Assembly: GCA_963736115.1 (NCBI GenBank) | Contig: CAVTNR010000011.1 | Span: 24,792 to 88,791, forward strand | From: an uncultured bacterium | GTDB taxonomy: Bacteria; Zhuqueibacterota; QNDG01; DTFT01 | Length of the DNA stretch: 64,000 nt | Direction: 5' to 3' | In this document: piece by piece, positions 56,196 to 64,000 of the stretch | Position numbering within the stretch: the first letter of the stretch is position 1 | Layout: each line of letters opens with the position of its first letter | Notes under the pieces: model-generated | The model's database searches: none | What the model was told of the DNA's origin: nothing | Seen by the model: only the letters and a program-made list of their open reading frames with translations | Position numbers and translations under genes: made by a program

Positions 56196-56579
56196 TCAGG
56201 AACCAGGCACCTTCAGGTAGGACAGGTACTCCTGGCAGACCTGAACCAGCCGTTTAGCTTCGAACGGTTTCCGGAGGTAATCCAGAACGTATTCCTTCAG
56301 GTGCTCCATCTTGATGTCGGGCTCTTCCTGTCCGGTGAGCATGCAGACCAGATTGCCGTCGTAGAGCTTTTCATCAACGACCGCCTGGACAGTGTCCCAC
56401 CCGTCCATGCCCGGCATCACGATGTCCATGAGGATCAGTCCGCGGAACCCCTCCCGGAGACGCTCAATGCATTCCGTTCCGCTGGCGGCCGTGGTGACCC
56501 GGCAGCCGGACGCCTCCATGATCCGCTTGACGCTGTAGCGAACCATTTCCTCGTCGTCCACTATCAGTATGTCCTTCAT
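56196..56579 (-). CDS. single-domain response regulator (CheY-like receiver)
   Basis: ILIVDDEE, LILMDIVMPGMDG, MLTG and LRKPF: all canonical receiver residues are present. Confidence 0.85.
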   Translation of the reverse strand: MKDILIVDDEEMVRYSVKRIMEASGCRVTTAASGTECIERLREGFRGLILMDIVMPGMDGWDTVQAVVDEKLYDGNLVCMLTGQEEPDIKMEHLKEYVLDYLRKPFEAKRLVQVCQEYLSYLKVPGS

Positions 56580-56643
56580 TCAGCCTCCGCTCCCGGCCCG
56601 GCGCCGCCGGCCCGCGCCGGCGCCCGACGGGCGTCCTGAGTCA

Positions 56644-57129
56644 TTACCGCGTGAGACGCCGTTTGGCTTTTTTCGGAACCCGGCCGAAGACCGGAACGAT
56701 GTCGACGTGCCGCTCGGCGCCTTCTCCGTGGCTCTCTGACCGGACGCCGCCCCGGGTCTTCAGGTACTCATGTACGATGAACCGCTCGAAGGAATCCATG
56801 GCCGGCATGGATCGGGTTTCTCCGGATATCAGCACTTCCTGGACAAGGGTTTCCGCCATGCGCTGCAGTTTTCCGACCGGGACAATGCTCAGCACCACCT
56901 CTCCCTGCCCGTCCCGAAACGCCCGTACCTTGCACTCGGCCGTTCTCTCGAAATGCCGGTGAAGCTGCTTCCGCTGAAACGGATTGAAGCCGGAAACGGC
57001 GTACGGCTCGATGGAATCGAGAAAATGCTCCACGGCGTTCCGGATCGTCTCTTTCACGTTTTCATCCATGGGTTCCGGGGGCCGTCCGCCGCGGCGGCCG
57101 TCTCTTCTGTCCCCTCTTTCATTCTCCAC
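56644..57129 (-). CDS. R3H-domain (Jag-like) nucleic-acid-binding protein
   Basis: The C-terminal SFERFIVHEYLKTRGGVRSESHGEGAERHVDIVP fits the R-x3-H motif. The start is ambiguous (GTG 57129 or ATG 57069). Confidence 0.6.
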   Translation of the reverse strand: MENERGDRRDGRRGGRPPEPMDENVKETIRNAVEHFLDSIEPYAVSGFNPFQRKQLHRHFERTAECKVRAFRDGQGEVVLSIVPVGKLQRMAETLVQEVLISGETRSMPAMDSFERFIVHEYLKTRGGVRSESHGEGAERHVDIVPVFGRVPKKAKRRLTR

Positions 57130-57153
57130 TGCCGGGTCCTCTTCTGAATGTGT

Positions 57154-58029
57154 TTATGAGGAACCGCCCGGCGGGCGGGCGGTTTCGTGAACGCAGATGC
57201 CTGCAAAAATCAAAGCCCCGCCCATCCAGCCTCTGGGAGTCAGGAATTCGGCCAGAAAAATCCGGGCGAATACGGCTGCGAAAACAGGTTCGGTGGCATA
57301 CAGAACAGCCGCGGCGGTCGACGATGTACGGGGCTGGTAACGGGTTTGTCCCCAGAAACCGGCCGCGGTTGCGAAAACGCCCAGATAGACGATTCCGGCC
57401 GCGATGCCGGGGCCCACATCGAAACGGAGGCGGCCGAGAAAAGGGGCCGCCAGTGTCGCGAGCACCGCCGTCCAGAAAATCATCATCCAGGCATACGGCA
57501 GGGATTCATCCCGTCCGACAAAGCACTCGATCAGGACGATCTGAACGGAGAATGCCACCGCTCCGACCGCAGTCAGCGCGTCGCCGCGGTTGAATCCGCC
57601 CAGACCGGCTCCGGCGATCAGCACCACGCCGACGGACGCCAGCAGGAGACCCACGCCTTCCTGAAGGCTCAGTCCGCGGCCCCGGAACACCCGGTTCCAG
57701 ACCGGAACCAGAACCACGCTCAGTGCGGTCAGAAATCCCGAATTCGAGGCCGATGTATACTTCAGTCCGGCGGTCTGGCAGAACATGCCGGCGAACATCG
57801 CGGCGCCGAGGAGGAATCCCCGCCTCCAGGCGGCCGGGGCAAGGGTCTTCCGCCGTTTCAGAAACAACGGAAGCAGGAGCCCGACGGCGATCCAGAAACG
57901 CACTGCGAGGTAAAGGGCAGGATTCAGGTCGCGGACGGAAGCGCGCATCAGAGGAAAACTGGTTCCCCAGATCATGCACAGCGCCAGCAGGACCAGATCC
58001 GCGCGCAGTTTCTCCGGGCGGTCCGTCAA
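57154..58029 (-). CDS. DMT-superfamily (EamA-like) transporter
   Basis: Ten predicted TM helices in two EamA-like halves. TTG start overlaps the upstream TGA. Confidence 0.7.
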   Translation of the reverse strand: MTDRPEKLRADLVLLALCMIWGTSFPLMRASVRDLNPALYLAVRFWIAVGLLLPLFLKRRKTLAPAAWRRGFLLGAAMFAGMFCQTAGLKYTSASNSGFLTALSVVLVPVWNRVFRGRGLSLQEGVGLLLASVGVVLIAGAGLGGFNRGDALTAVGAVAFSVQIVLIECFVGRDESLPYAWMMIFWTAVLATLAAPFLGRLRFDVGPGIAAGIVYLGVFATAAGFWGQTRYQPRTSSTAAAVLYATEPVFAAVFARIFLAEFLTPRGWMGGALIFAGICVHETARPPGGSS

Positions 58030-58637
58030 ATATTTTTCCGAGTGTAACGATGGGCGAACCGGTAGCCGTTCATGGTGCAGACGTCGGCCAGCCGCCGTTT
58101 CGGCACGTGAACGACTCCGTCACGGTCCGTCCAGGGACGAACGGAGTCGCCGCATTCTTCGGCGACCGGAGATTCGGACGGAATTCCCAGGCTGATCACG
58201 GAGTCGACGTGCAGATGATGCGGGATTTTGAGCTTCGCCTTGAGGCGTTTCCGGTGCAGGTCCTCGATCCGGCATGCGCCGAGGCCCAGTTCCGTGGCCG
58301 CCAGGGAGGCGTTCTGAACCGCCGCGGCCGCGTCCGTCGAACCGCCCCTCTTCTTTTTCATCAGGTCGATCAGAACCACGATGTAAGCGGCCGGCCGTTC
58401 CCCGGATTTGGGGGCGGACAGAGGCGCACCGGCCGCCTCCCATTTCACGCAGTCGAACACTTCGGACACGCGCCTGGGAAGGTTGACGATGACGTATTCA
58501 CAGGGTTGGACATTGCCGGGAGACACAGCCCAGCGGGCTGCGTCGACAATCTGCAGGAGATCTTTTTCCGCTACCGGTTTGGGCTTGAAACGCCGTATGG
58601 TCCTGCGTTTCTGCATGGCGGCGTACAACGACGGCAT
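58026..58637 (-). CDS. nitroreductase-family flavoprotein
   Basis: MQKRRTIRRFKPKPV...LLQIVDAARWAVSPGNVQP is a typical nitroreductase N-terminus. Confidence 0.75.
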   Translation of the reverse strand: MPSLYAAMQKRRTIRRFKPKPVAEKDLLQIVDAARWAVSPGNVQPCEYVIVNLPRRVSEVFDCVKWEAAGAPLSAPKSGERPAAYIVVLIDLMKKKRGGSTDAAAAVQNASLAATELGLGACRIEDLHRKRLKAKLKIPHHLHVDSVISLGIPSESPVAEECGDSVRPWTDRDGVVHVPKRRLADVCTMNGYRFAHRYTRKNI

Positions 58638-58752
58638 TGAATCAACCTCGGTTGGACTTGCACAATTTGATTATTTTAATAAATTTGGATCGAATAATCA
58701 AGCGTTTTATTGCCGGTTACGGGCTCAGGTATCGGCGGAGATCAAATGGGTC

Positions 58753-58781
58753 TTGACTTTCTGTTTTGAAATTATTAAATT
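58753..58781 (+). promoter_or_regulatory. sigma70-like promoter upstream of the aromatic amino-acid operon (TTGACT-N17-TAAATT)
   Basis: TTGACT ttctgttttgaaattat TAAATT lies in an AT-rich divergent intergenic region. The hexamers are identical to those of the tRNA-Arg promoter. Confidence 0.45.
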
Positions 58782-58807
58782 TATGCTATTGAAAACGAGG
58801 TAGATGC

Positions 58808-58885
58808 ATGCGTCCATTCCCGTCCCATCTTCGGTTCGGTTATTCCACCACTTATTGGATCCGCAATTTCGGGCGGGATCGCTGA
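58808..58885 (+). CDS. candidate leader peptide (25 aa, 6 aromatic residues) of the aro operon
   Basis: GAGG at 58797-58800, then 7 nt, then ATG. The peptide is MRPFPSHLRFGYSTTYWIRNFGRDR, ending at TGA. It lies between a promoter-like element and a terminator hairpin. Confidence 0.3.
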   Translation: MRPFPSHLRFGYSTTYWIRNFGRDR

Positions 58886-58910
58886 ATTTCTGCGTTAAGC
58901 TTCGCATCCG

Positions 58911-58936
58911 GCCCACTTGATCCAAGTGGGCTTTTT
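58911..58936 (+). terminator. intrinsic terminator / attenuator hairpin immediately upstream of the chorismate mutase RBS
   Basis: Stem GCCCACTTG/CAAGTGGGC (9 bp, 3-nt loop) followed by TTTTTGATTTT. There is no plus-strand gene upstream for it to terminate. GGAGG at 58943-58947 and ATG at 58952 follow. Confidence 0.55.
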
Positions 58937-58951
58937 GATTTTGGAGGATTG

Positions 58952-59245
58952 ATGAAAGACCGGCTGGATCAGCTTCGTAAACGCATTCTGGACATCGACG
59001 GAGAACTCGTCCATCTCCTGGCCGAACGCGCCAGACTCGCGCTCGAAATCGGCCGCATCAAGTGCGACCTCGGCGTCCCCCTGCAGGATCCGGACCGTGA
59101 GCGGGAAGTGCTGAAGAACGCGAAACGGATTCCGCACCATCCGCTTCAGCCGTCTCAGGTCGATGATCTTTTCACCCGGATTCTCGAGATCTGCCGGGAC
59201 GCCCAGATCCAGGCCGCTCCAGCGGCCGGGAGCAGCCGGTCATGA
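58952..59245 (+). CDS. chorismate mutase (AroQ class)
   Basis: [33 protein letters not shown]...[10 protein letters not shown]. The track's start at 58949 is TTG; ATG 58952 has better spacing from GGAGG. Confidence 0.8.
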   Translation: MKDRLDQLRKRILDIDGELVHLLAERARLALEIGRIKCDLGVPLQDPDREREVLKNAKRIPHHPLQPSQVDDLFTRILEICRDAQIQAAPAAGSSRS

Positions 59246-60291
59246 TCGTCGTCATGCGCGAAGACGCTTCAGACGCCCAGATTCAAGCCCTTTCGGACCG
59301 GATCCGCGGCATGGGATTCGACATCCACCCGGACCGCGGCGCGAACCGGACTGTTCTCGGCGTGATCGGCGACACGAGCCGTCTCGACCCCCGTTCCCTG
59401 GAAATGGAAGAGGGCGTGGCAGAGGTTCTGCGCGTCACCGAACCCTACAAGCTGGCAAGCCGCGCTTTTCATCCCAACGACACGGTGATCCGCATCGGAG
59501 ACGTGGCCATCGGCGGCGACGAGGTCATCGTCATCGCCGGGCCGTGCGCGGTGGAAAGCGCCGAACAGATCCGGGAAACCGCATCGCGTGTCCGGCAGGC
59601 CGGCGCCCGGATTCTGCGCGGGGGCGCGTTCAAACCCAGAACTTCCCCCTACAGCTTTCAGGGCCTCGGCGAAAAGGGGCTGGAATTGCTGCGGGACGCG
59701 GCGCGGGAACAGGACATGCTGTGCGTTTCCGAAGTGATGGAGCCGGCTTTCGTCCGGAGCGTCGCGGACCGGGTGGACATCGTACAGGTCGGCGCCCGGA
59801 ACATGCAGAATTTCCCGCTGCTCAAGGAAGTGGGCAAGATCGATAGACCCATACTGCTGAAACGAGGCATGTCCGCCACCATTGAGGAACTGCTGATGGC
59901 CGCCGAATACATCATGGCCAGCGGCAATTCCCGGGTCATTCTCTGCGAACGCGGCATCCGCACCTTCGAAACCTACACACGGAATACAATGGACATATCC
60001 GCCATCCCCGTGGTGAAAAAACGCAGCCACCTCCCCATCCTCGCGGATCCCAGCCACGGAACAGGGCGACGGGACAAGGTGGCGCCGATGGCGCGCGCGG
60101 CCGTTGCGGCCGGAGCGGATGGACTCATCATCGAAGTGCACACGCATCCGGACCAGGCCCTCTCGGACGGTCCGCAGTCCCTCTATCCGGACCGATTCGC
60201 CGCGCTGATGGAGGAGTTGAAGACAATCGCCTGGGCCATCGGCCGGCGCATCGGAACCGAGTCCAACCGGGGACCGGAGAAAACGCATTGA
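59242..60291 (+). CDS. 3-deoxy-7-phosphoheptulonate (DAHP) synthase, type I-beta with N-terminal regulatory domain
   Basis: N-terminal ferredoxin-like/ACT-like domain ([27 protein letters not shown]), then the KDO8PS/DAHPS-I-beta barrel (IAGPCAVES...[17 protein letters not shown]...[10 protein letters not shown]). Confidence 0.85.
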   Translation: MIVVMREDASDAQIQALSDRIRGMGFDIHPDRGANRTVLGVIGDTSRLDPRSLEMEEGVAEVLRVTEPYKLASRAFHPNDTVIRIGDVAIGGDEVIVIAGPCAVESAEQIRETASRVRQAGARILRGGAFKPRTSPYSFQGLGEKGLELLRDAAREQDMLCVSEVMEPAFVRSVADRVDIVQVGARNMQNFPLLKEVGKIDRPILLKRGMSATIEELLMAAEYIMASGNSRVILCERGIRTFETYTRNTMDISAIPVVKKRSHLPILADPSHGTGRRDKVAPMARAAVAAGADGLIIEVHTHPDQALSDGPQSLYPDRFAALMEELKTIAWAIGRRIGTESNRGPEKTH

Positions 60292-61394
60292 AGGGTTTCC
60301 GCCGCATCACAGTGGTGGGCGTCGGCCTCATCGGCGGTTCGCTGGGCCTGGCCCTGAAACGGAAGCTTCCGGACACGCGGGTCAGCGGTGTTGACTCGCC
60401 GGAGGCGGTCGAGGCCGGACTGGCCGCAGGCGCGCTGGACGCGGGATTCTCCCGTGACCGTCTGCAGGAAGCCGTTTCGGATTCCGATCTGGTGTTTCTC
60501 TGCGCGCCGATCGACGCTATCCTCCTGCTCCTGCCGTCCGTGGCGGAGGCTCTTCCGGCCGGCGGCCTCGTCACGGACTCGGGAAGCACCAAGCGCCTGA
60601 TCGTGGAAACCGCGGACCGGGTTTTTCCGGCGGATCGCCATTTCATCGGCGGGCATCCCATGGCCGGAAGCGAGGGCCGCGGCATCCGCTGGTCGGATCC
60701 CCTCCTGTTCGAGAACGCGGCCTGGGTGTTGACGCCCTCCCGGCCGCTTCCCCAGAACCGCATTCAGCCGCTAGGCGATCTGATCGAACGGCTCGGCGCC
60801 AAGGTTCTCTTCCTCAGCCCCGTCCTGCATGACCGTGTGGCCGCGGCCGTCAGCCATCTTCCCCAGCTGCTCGCGGTCACATTGATGAACTGGGTGTCCG
60901 GCCATCAGGAGGAATCCCCGCACTTCCTCAAGCTGGCGGCGGGCGGTTTCCGGGACATGACCCGGATCGCGTCCAGCCCCTACGACACCTGGAATCCGAT
61001 TCTGACCACCAACCGCGAGGAAATTCTCTCAGCTCTGGACGCATTCGCCGGCGGGCTCTCCGACACCCGTGCCCTACTGGAACAGGACAAGCTCCGGAAG
61101 GCATTTGAATCCGCGGCCGAAAAACGGCTTTCCATTCCGAGGGACACGCGCGGATTTCTGCGGGCGCATCATGATCTTCGTGTGCGTGTCGAGGACAGAC
61201 CCGGCGTGATCGCATCCATCGCCGCGGCTCTGGCTGAACGCGGCATTAACATCAAGGACATCGAAATCCTGAAAGTGCGGGAAGGTGACGCGGGCACTCT
61301 GCGGCTTTCCTTTGAAACCCCGGAGGCGCGCGCGGAGGCGGCCGCAACGCTCAAGGGAATCGGGTTTACGTCCGAACCGCTGAACGGATTGTGA
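60288..61394 (+). CDS. tyrA: prephenate dehydrogenase with C-terminal ACT domain
   Basis: [17 protein letters not shown] Rossmann motif, [11 protein letters not shown], and an ACT-like tail ([31 protein letters not shown]). Confidence 0.85.
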   Translation: MKGFRRITVVGVGLIGGSLGLALKRKLPDTRVSGVDSPEAVEAGLAAGALDAGFSRDRLQEAVSDSDLVFLCAPIDAILLLLPSVAEALPAGGLVTDSGSTKRLIVETADRVFPADRHFIGGHPMAGSEGRGIRWSDPLLFENAAWVLTPSRPLPQNRIQPLGDLIERLGAKVLFLSPVLHDRVAAAVSHLPQLLAVTLMNWVSGHQEESPHFLKLAAGGFRDMTRIASSPYDTWNPILTTNREEILSALDAFAGGLSDTRALLEQDKLRKAFESAAEKRLSIPRDTRGFLRAHHDLRVRVEDRPGVIASIAAALAERGINIKDIEILKVREGDAGTLRLSFETPEARAEAAATLKGIGFTSEPLNGL

Positions 61395-61449
61395 CCGCCG
61401 GTTCTCCCGCTTCGCGGGACCAAGCAATACGATTTTTTCTGATTGAAGG

Positions 61450-61474
61450 CCCGCCGTTTCCGGCGGGGGATTTT
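61450..61474 (+). terminator. terminator-like hairpin between tyrA and aroA
   Basis: Stem CCCGCCG/CGGCGGG (7 bp, loop TTTC) followed by GGATTTT. The T-run is short, so this may be a partial terminator or mRNA-stability element. Confidence 0.3.
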
Positions 61475-61500
61475 CCGGACCTCGGCCTCAGGAAGGGAGC

Positions 61501-62787
61501 ATGCATCAGATCGTGAGAAAAGCGGGACGCTGGCGCGCCGTCCTGTCCGTTCCGGGAGACAAGTCCATGTCGCATCGCGCGCTGCTGTTCGGCGCGCTCG
61601 CCGCGGGCCGGTCGAAAATCACGCGACTAGCGCCCGGACGGGACGTGGCCAGCACGGCGGCCTGCCTGACCGCGCTGGGCGTCCGAATTGAACGCTATAG
61701 CGGAAACGCCGTTGTCGTGGACGGCAAGGGACCGTCCGGACTCGCCGCTCCGACGCATGATCTGGACGCGGGCAATTCCGGCACCACGATCCGGCTTCTG
61801 TCCGGCATTCTCGCAAACCGGCCGTTCACATCGGTCATCACGGGAGACGCCTCTCTCAGACGCAGGCCCATGCGCCGCATCGTGGAGCCCCTGGAACGCA
61901 TGGGCGGACGCATCGAAACGACGGCTTCAGGCACGGCTCCGCTCCGAATCCGGGGAACCCGTCTATCAGGCGCGGACCTGACGCTTCCCGTGGCCAGCGC
62001 CCAGCTGAAATCCTGCGTTCTCCTCGCGGGCCTTCTGGCCGAGGGCCGCACCTCGGTGACGGAACCCGCGCTGTCCCGCGATCACACGGAACGCATGCTT
62101 GCCGGTATGGGCGTTCGGATCCGCCGGGACGGCCTGCGACTCGAGCTGGAAGGACCCCAGACCCCCTTGCCCTGTGATTTCGACGTTCCCGGAGATATCT
62201 CTTCGGCCGCATTCCTGATGGTCGCGGCCGCGCTGATCCCGGAATCAGAACTGACAATTGAAAACGTCGGAGTGAATCCGACCCGCACCGGTATTCTCGA
62301 TGTCCTGCGGCGCATGGGATGCCCGGTCGAGGAATTGAACCCCCGGACCCTGCAGGGCGAACCCCGGGCCGACCTGAGGATCCGCACCGCCTCCCTCACC
62401 GGCACGGAGATCAGCGGCGATTTGATCCCGAAAATCATCGATGAAATCCCCATCCTGGCCGTGGCCGCCTGCCGGGCTTCCGGCCGGACCGTGGTGCGGA
62501 ACGCCGCCGAACTGCGTGTCAAGGAAACCGACCGTATTGCCGCCGTGACGAAGAACCTGGCCGCCATGGGTGTCCGCGCGGAAGTGTTCGAGGACGGTTT
62601 CGCGATCGAGGGGCCCCAGCCGCTCCGCGGCGCGGTCATTGACAGCATGGAGGACCACCGCATCGCCATGGCCTTTACCGTGGCCGGACTTCTCGCGCAA
62701 GGCGAAACGCGGATCAACGGCACGGAATGCGCCGACATTTCGTATCCCGGTTTTTTCAACCTCCTGTCCGGAATCGAATATGCCTGA
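61501..62787 (+). CDS. aroA: 3-phosphoshikimate 1-carboxyvinyltransferase (EPSP synthase)
   Basis: VPGDKSMSHRALLFGALA...LDAGNSGTTIRLLSGIL...RRPM motifs, 428 aa. Confidence 0.9.
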   Translation: MHQIVRKAGRWRAVLSVPGDKSMSHRALLFGALAAGRSKITRLAPGRDVASTAACLTALGVRIERYSGNAVVVDGKGPSGLAAPTHDLDAGNSGTTIRLLSGILANRPFTSVITGDASLRRRPMRRIVEPLERMGGRIETTASGTAPLRIRGTRLSGADLTLPVASAQLKSCVLLAGLLAEGRTSVTEPALSRDHTERMLAGMGVRIRRDGLRLELEGPQTPLPCDFDVPGDISSAAFLMVAAALIPESELTIENVGVNPTRTGILDVLRRMGCPVEELNPRTLQGEPRADLRIRTASLTGTEISGDLIPKIIDEIPILAVAACRASGRTVVRNAAELRVKETDRIAAVTKNLAAMGVRAEVFEDGFAIEGPQPLRGAVIDSMEDHRIAMAFTVAGLLAQGETRINGTECADISYPGFFNLLSGIEYA

Positions 62788-63670
62788 TTTCAGCCGCACC
62801 TTCTGCGTGATCGGCGATCCGATCGGACACACGCTCTCCCCCCTGATCCACGCCGCGGTTTTCAAGCAACTCGGCGTCTCAATGGATTACGAAGCGGTCC
62901 GCGTCGCTCCGGACCGCCTGGCCGGATTCGTCGAGGAATCCAGGCGGTCCCGCCGGCCGGGCTTCAATGTCACGATTCCGCACAAGCAGACCGTGATTCC
63001 CTTTCTGGACGGCACGCACGGAGACGCCTCCCGGATCGGAGCGGTGAACACCGTCGCCGCGGCGGACGGAAAGCTGACCGGATACAACACCGACGTGGAC
63101 GGATGCCGGGCCGCGCTCTCCCGCGGAGGATGGGACTCCGGCGCAGGAGACGTTCTTCTGCTCGGCGCGGGCGGCGCAGGCCGCGCCGCGGTTCGTGCCC
63201 TGTCCCTGGAAGGGCTGAAAAAACTCTCCGTATTCGAAACCGACATCAGCCGTGCGGAGTCGCTGAAGACCGGACTGGCCGCTCCCCTCGGCATGGAGAT
63301 GGAGATCCTCTCCTCCGCGGATGCGCTGGAAGCCGCCGTCCGGAACTCCGGCCTGCTGATCAACGCCACGCCCGTCGGCCTGTGGCCGGCCGTCGGATCT
63401 TCGCCCCTGCCGGATCCCGGATGGCTTTCCCCGTCCGGCCTGGTGTTCGACATGGTGCCCAATCCGGTTGAAACGCGGCTGCTCCGTGAGGCGCGACTGC
63501 GGGGATGCCGGACCGTTCCGGGCATCGTCATGCTCGTCGCCCAGGCCCTCGCCGCGGACGCCGTCTGGCTCGGCCGTTCCATGCCGGACGGCCTGTTCGA
63601 AACCTGCCTGACCCTCTGCATCCAACACCTGGAGGCCCATGGCCACGCTCCGGATCCTCACGGCCGGTGA
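62780..63670 (+). CDS. aroE: shikimate dehydrogenase
   Basis: Start [28 protein letters not shown], then NVTIPHK, NTD and GAGGAGRA motifs. It overlaps the aroA end by 8 nt. The track ORF from 62570 is an upstream extension inside aroA. Confidence 0.85.
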   Translation: MPDFSRTFCVIGDPIGHTLSPLIHAAVFKQLGVSMDYEAVRVAPDRLAGFVEESRRSRRPGFNVTIPHKQTVIPFLDGTHGDASRIGAVNTVAAADGKLTGYNTDVDGCRAALSRGGWDSGAGDVLLLGAGGAGRAAVRALSLEGLKKLSVFETDISRAESLKTGLAAPLGMEMEILSSADALEAAVRNSGLLINATPVGLWPAVGSSPLPDPGWLSPSGLVFDMVPNPVETRLLREARLRGCRTVPGIVMLVAQALAADAVWLGRSMPDGLFETCLTLCIQHLEAHGHAPDPHGR

Positions 63671-64000
63671 ATCGCACGGCCCCGCGCTCGTCGGCATTCT
63701 TGAAGGAATGCCGGCCGGGCTTGCGTTGAACCGCGAGAAAATCGACGCCCAGATGGCCCGCCGCCAGGCGGGACTCGGCCGGGGCGGCCGCATGAAGATC
63801 GAGACGGACCGAGTGGAAATTCTGTCCGGTCTGCGCTTCGGCGTGACGCTGGGAACGCCGATCGCGATGACCGTGACGAACCGGGACTGGGAAAACTGGA
63901 AAACCCGCATGGACCCGTGGAGCGGCCGCGAGGATGACCCCGTCCGTATCCCCCGTCCCGGCCATGCGGACCTGGCGGGCGCGGTGAAATACGGGCATAC
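63639..64000 (+). CDS. aroC: chorismate synthase, N-terminal part (continues past the window end)
   Basis: ATG 63639 is preceded by GGAGG. The protein begins [28 protein letters not shown]...[35 protein letters not shown]. Confidence 0.85.
   Translation, partial: MATLRILTAGESHGPALVGILEGMPAGLALNREKIDAQMARRQAGLGRGGRMKIETDRVEILSGLRFGVTLGTPIAMTVTNRDWENWKTRMDPWSGREDDPVRIPRPGHADLAGAVKYGH

Noticed and set aside
58804-58920. Alternative 38-aa leader ORF from the first ATG (MHASIPVPSSVRLFHHLLDPQFRAGSLNFCVKLRIRPT).
   Set aside because: Its ATG is only 3 nt from the GAGG, which is poor spacing. It is not enriched in aromatic codons beyond three Phe. The overlapping 25-aa frame was kept as the better, though still tentative, candidate.

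Overview
GC-rich bacterial chromosomal window with about 50 protein genes, one tRNA and very short or overlapping gene junctions (many ATGA, GTGA and TTGA stop/start overlaps). A peptidase with a T9SS-type C-terminal sorting domain hints at an FCB-superphylum-like, probably uncultivated lineage; this is a low-confidence inference. Order of content: proS 3' end and a TPR gene; an AT-rich 192-bp tandem repeat next to tRNA-Arg(UCU); a roughly 18-kb minus-strand Wzx/Wzy-type exopolysaccharide locus (2.7-20.9 kb); cdsA; a membrane polyferredoxin with a Tat-signal DUF362 protein; clpC; lolDE-lysS-prfB (programmed +1 frameshift)-leuC-like; a DAP-pathway lysine operon (dapD-dapA-dapB-lysC-M20 peptidase); a four-gene amidoligase/peptidase cassette on the plus strand; rluD-lspA-dksA-like-ileS; mtnP, a lipoprotein and divIVA; a T9SS-sorted S8 peptidase; a GT2 gene; a frameshifted tkt; a split CheB (REC plus methylesterase); R3H, EamA and nitroreductase genes; and an aromatic amino-acid operon (chorismate mutase, DAHP synthase, tyrA, aroA, aroE, aroC 5' end). 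Most noteworthy: (1) the cassette of C39-like peptidase, RimK-like ATP-grasp, GCS2-like ligase and FGase-like amidohydrolase has no obvious assigned function, and its ATP-grasp gene carries about 14 single-nucleotide indels while its neighbours are intact. (2) A dispersed, modular GC-hairpin repeat family has three copies, each in sense orientation upstream of a gene. Two copies bracket the S8 peptidase gene as an inverted pair, and one supplies the only ATG of a glycosyltransferase. (3) A candidate leader-peptide attenuator rich in aromatic codons precedes the aro operon. All calls come from reading the sequence and ORF translations by eye; no searches were run.
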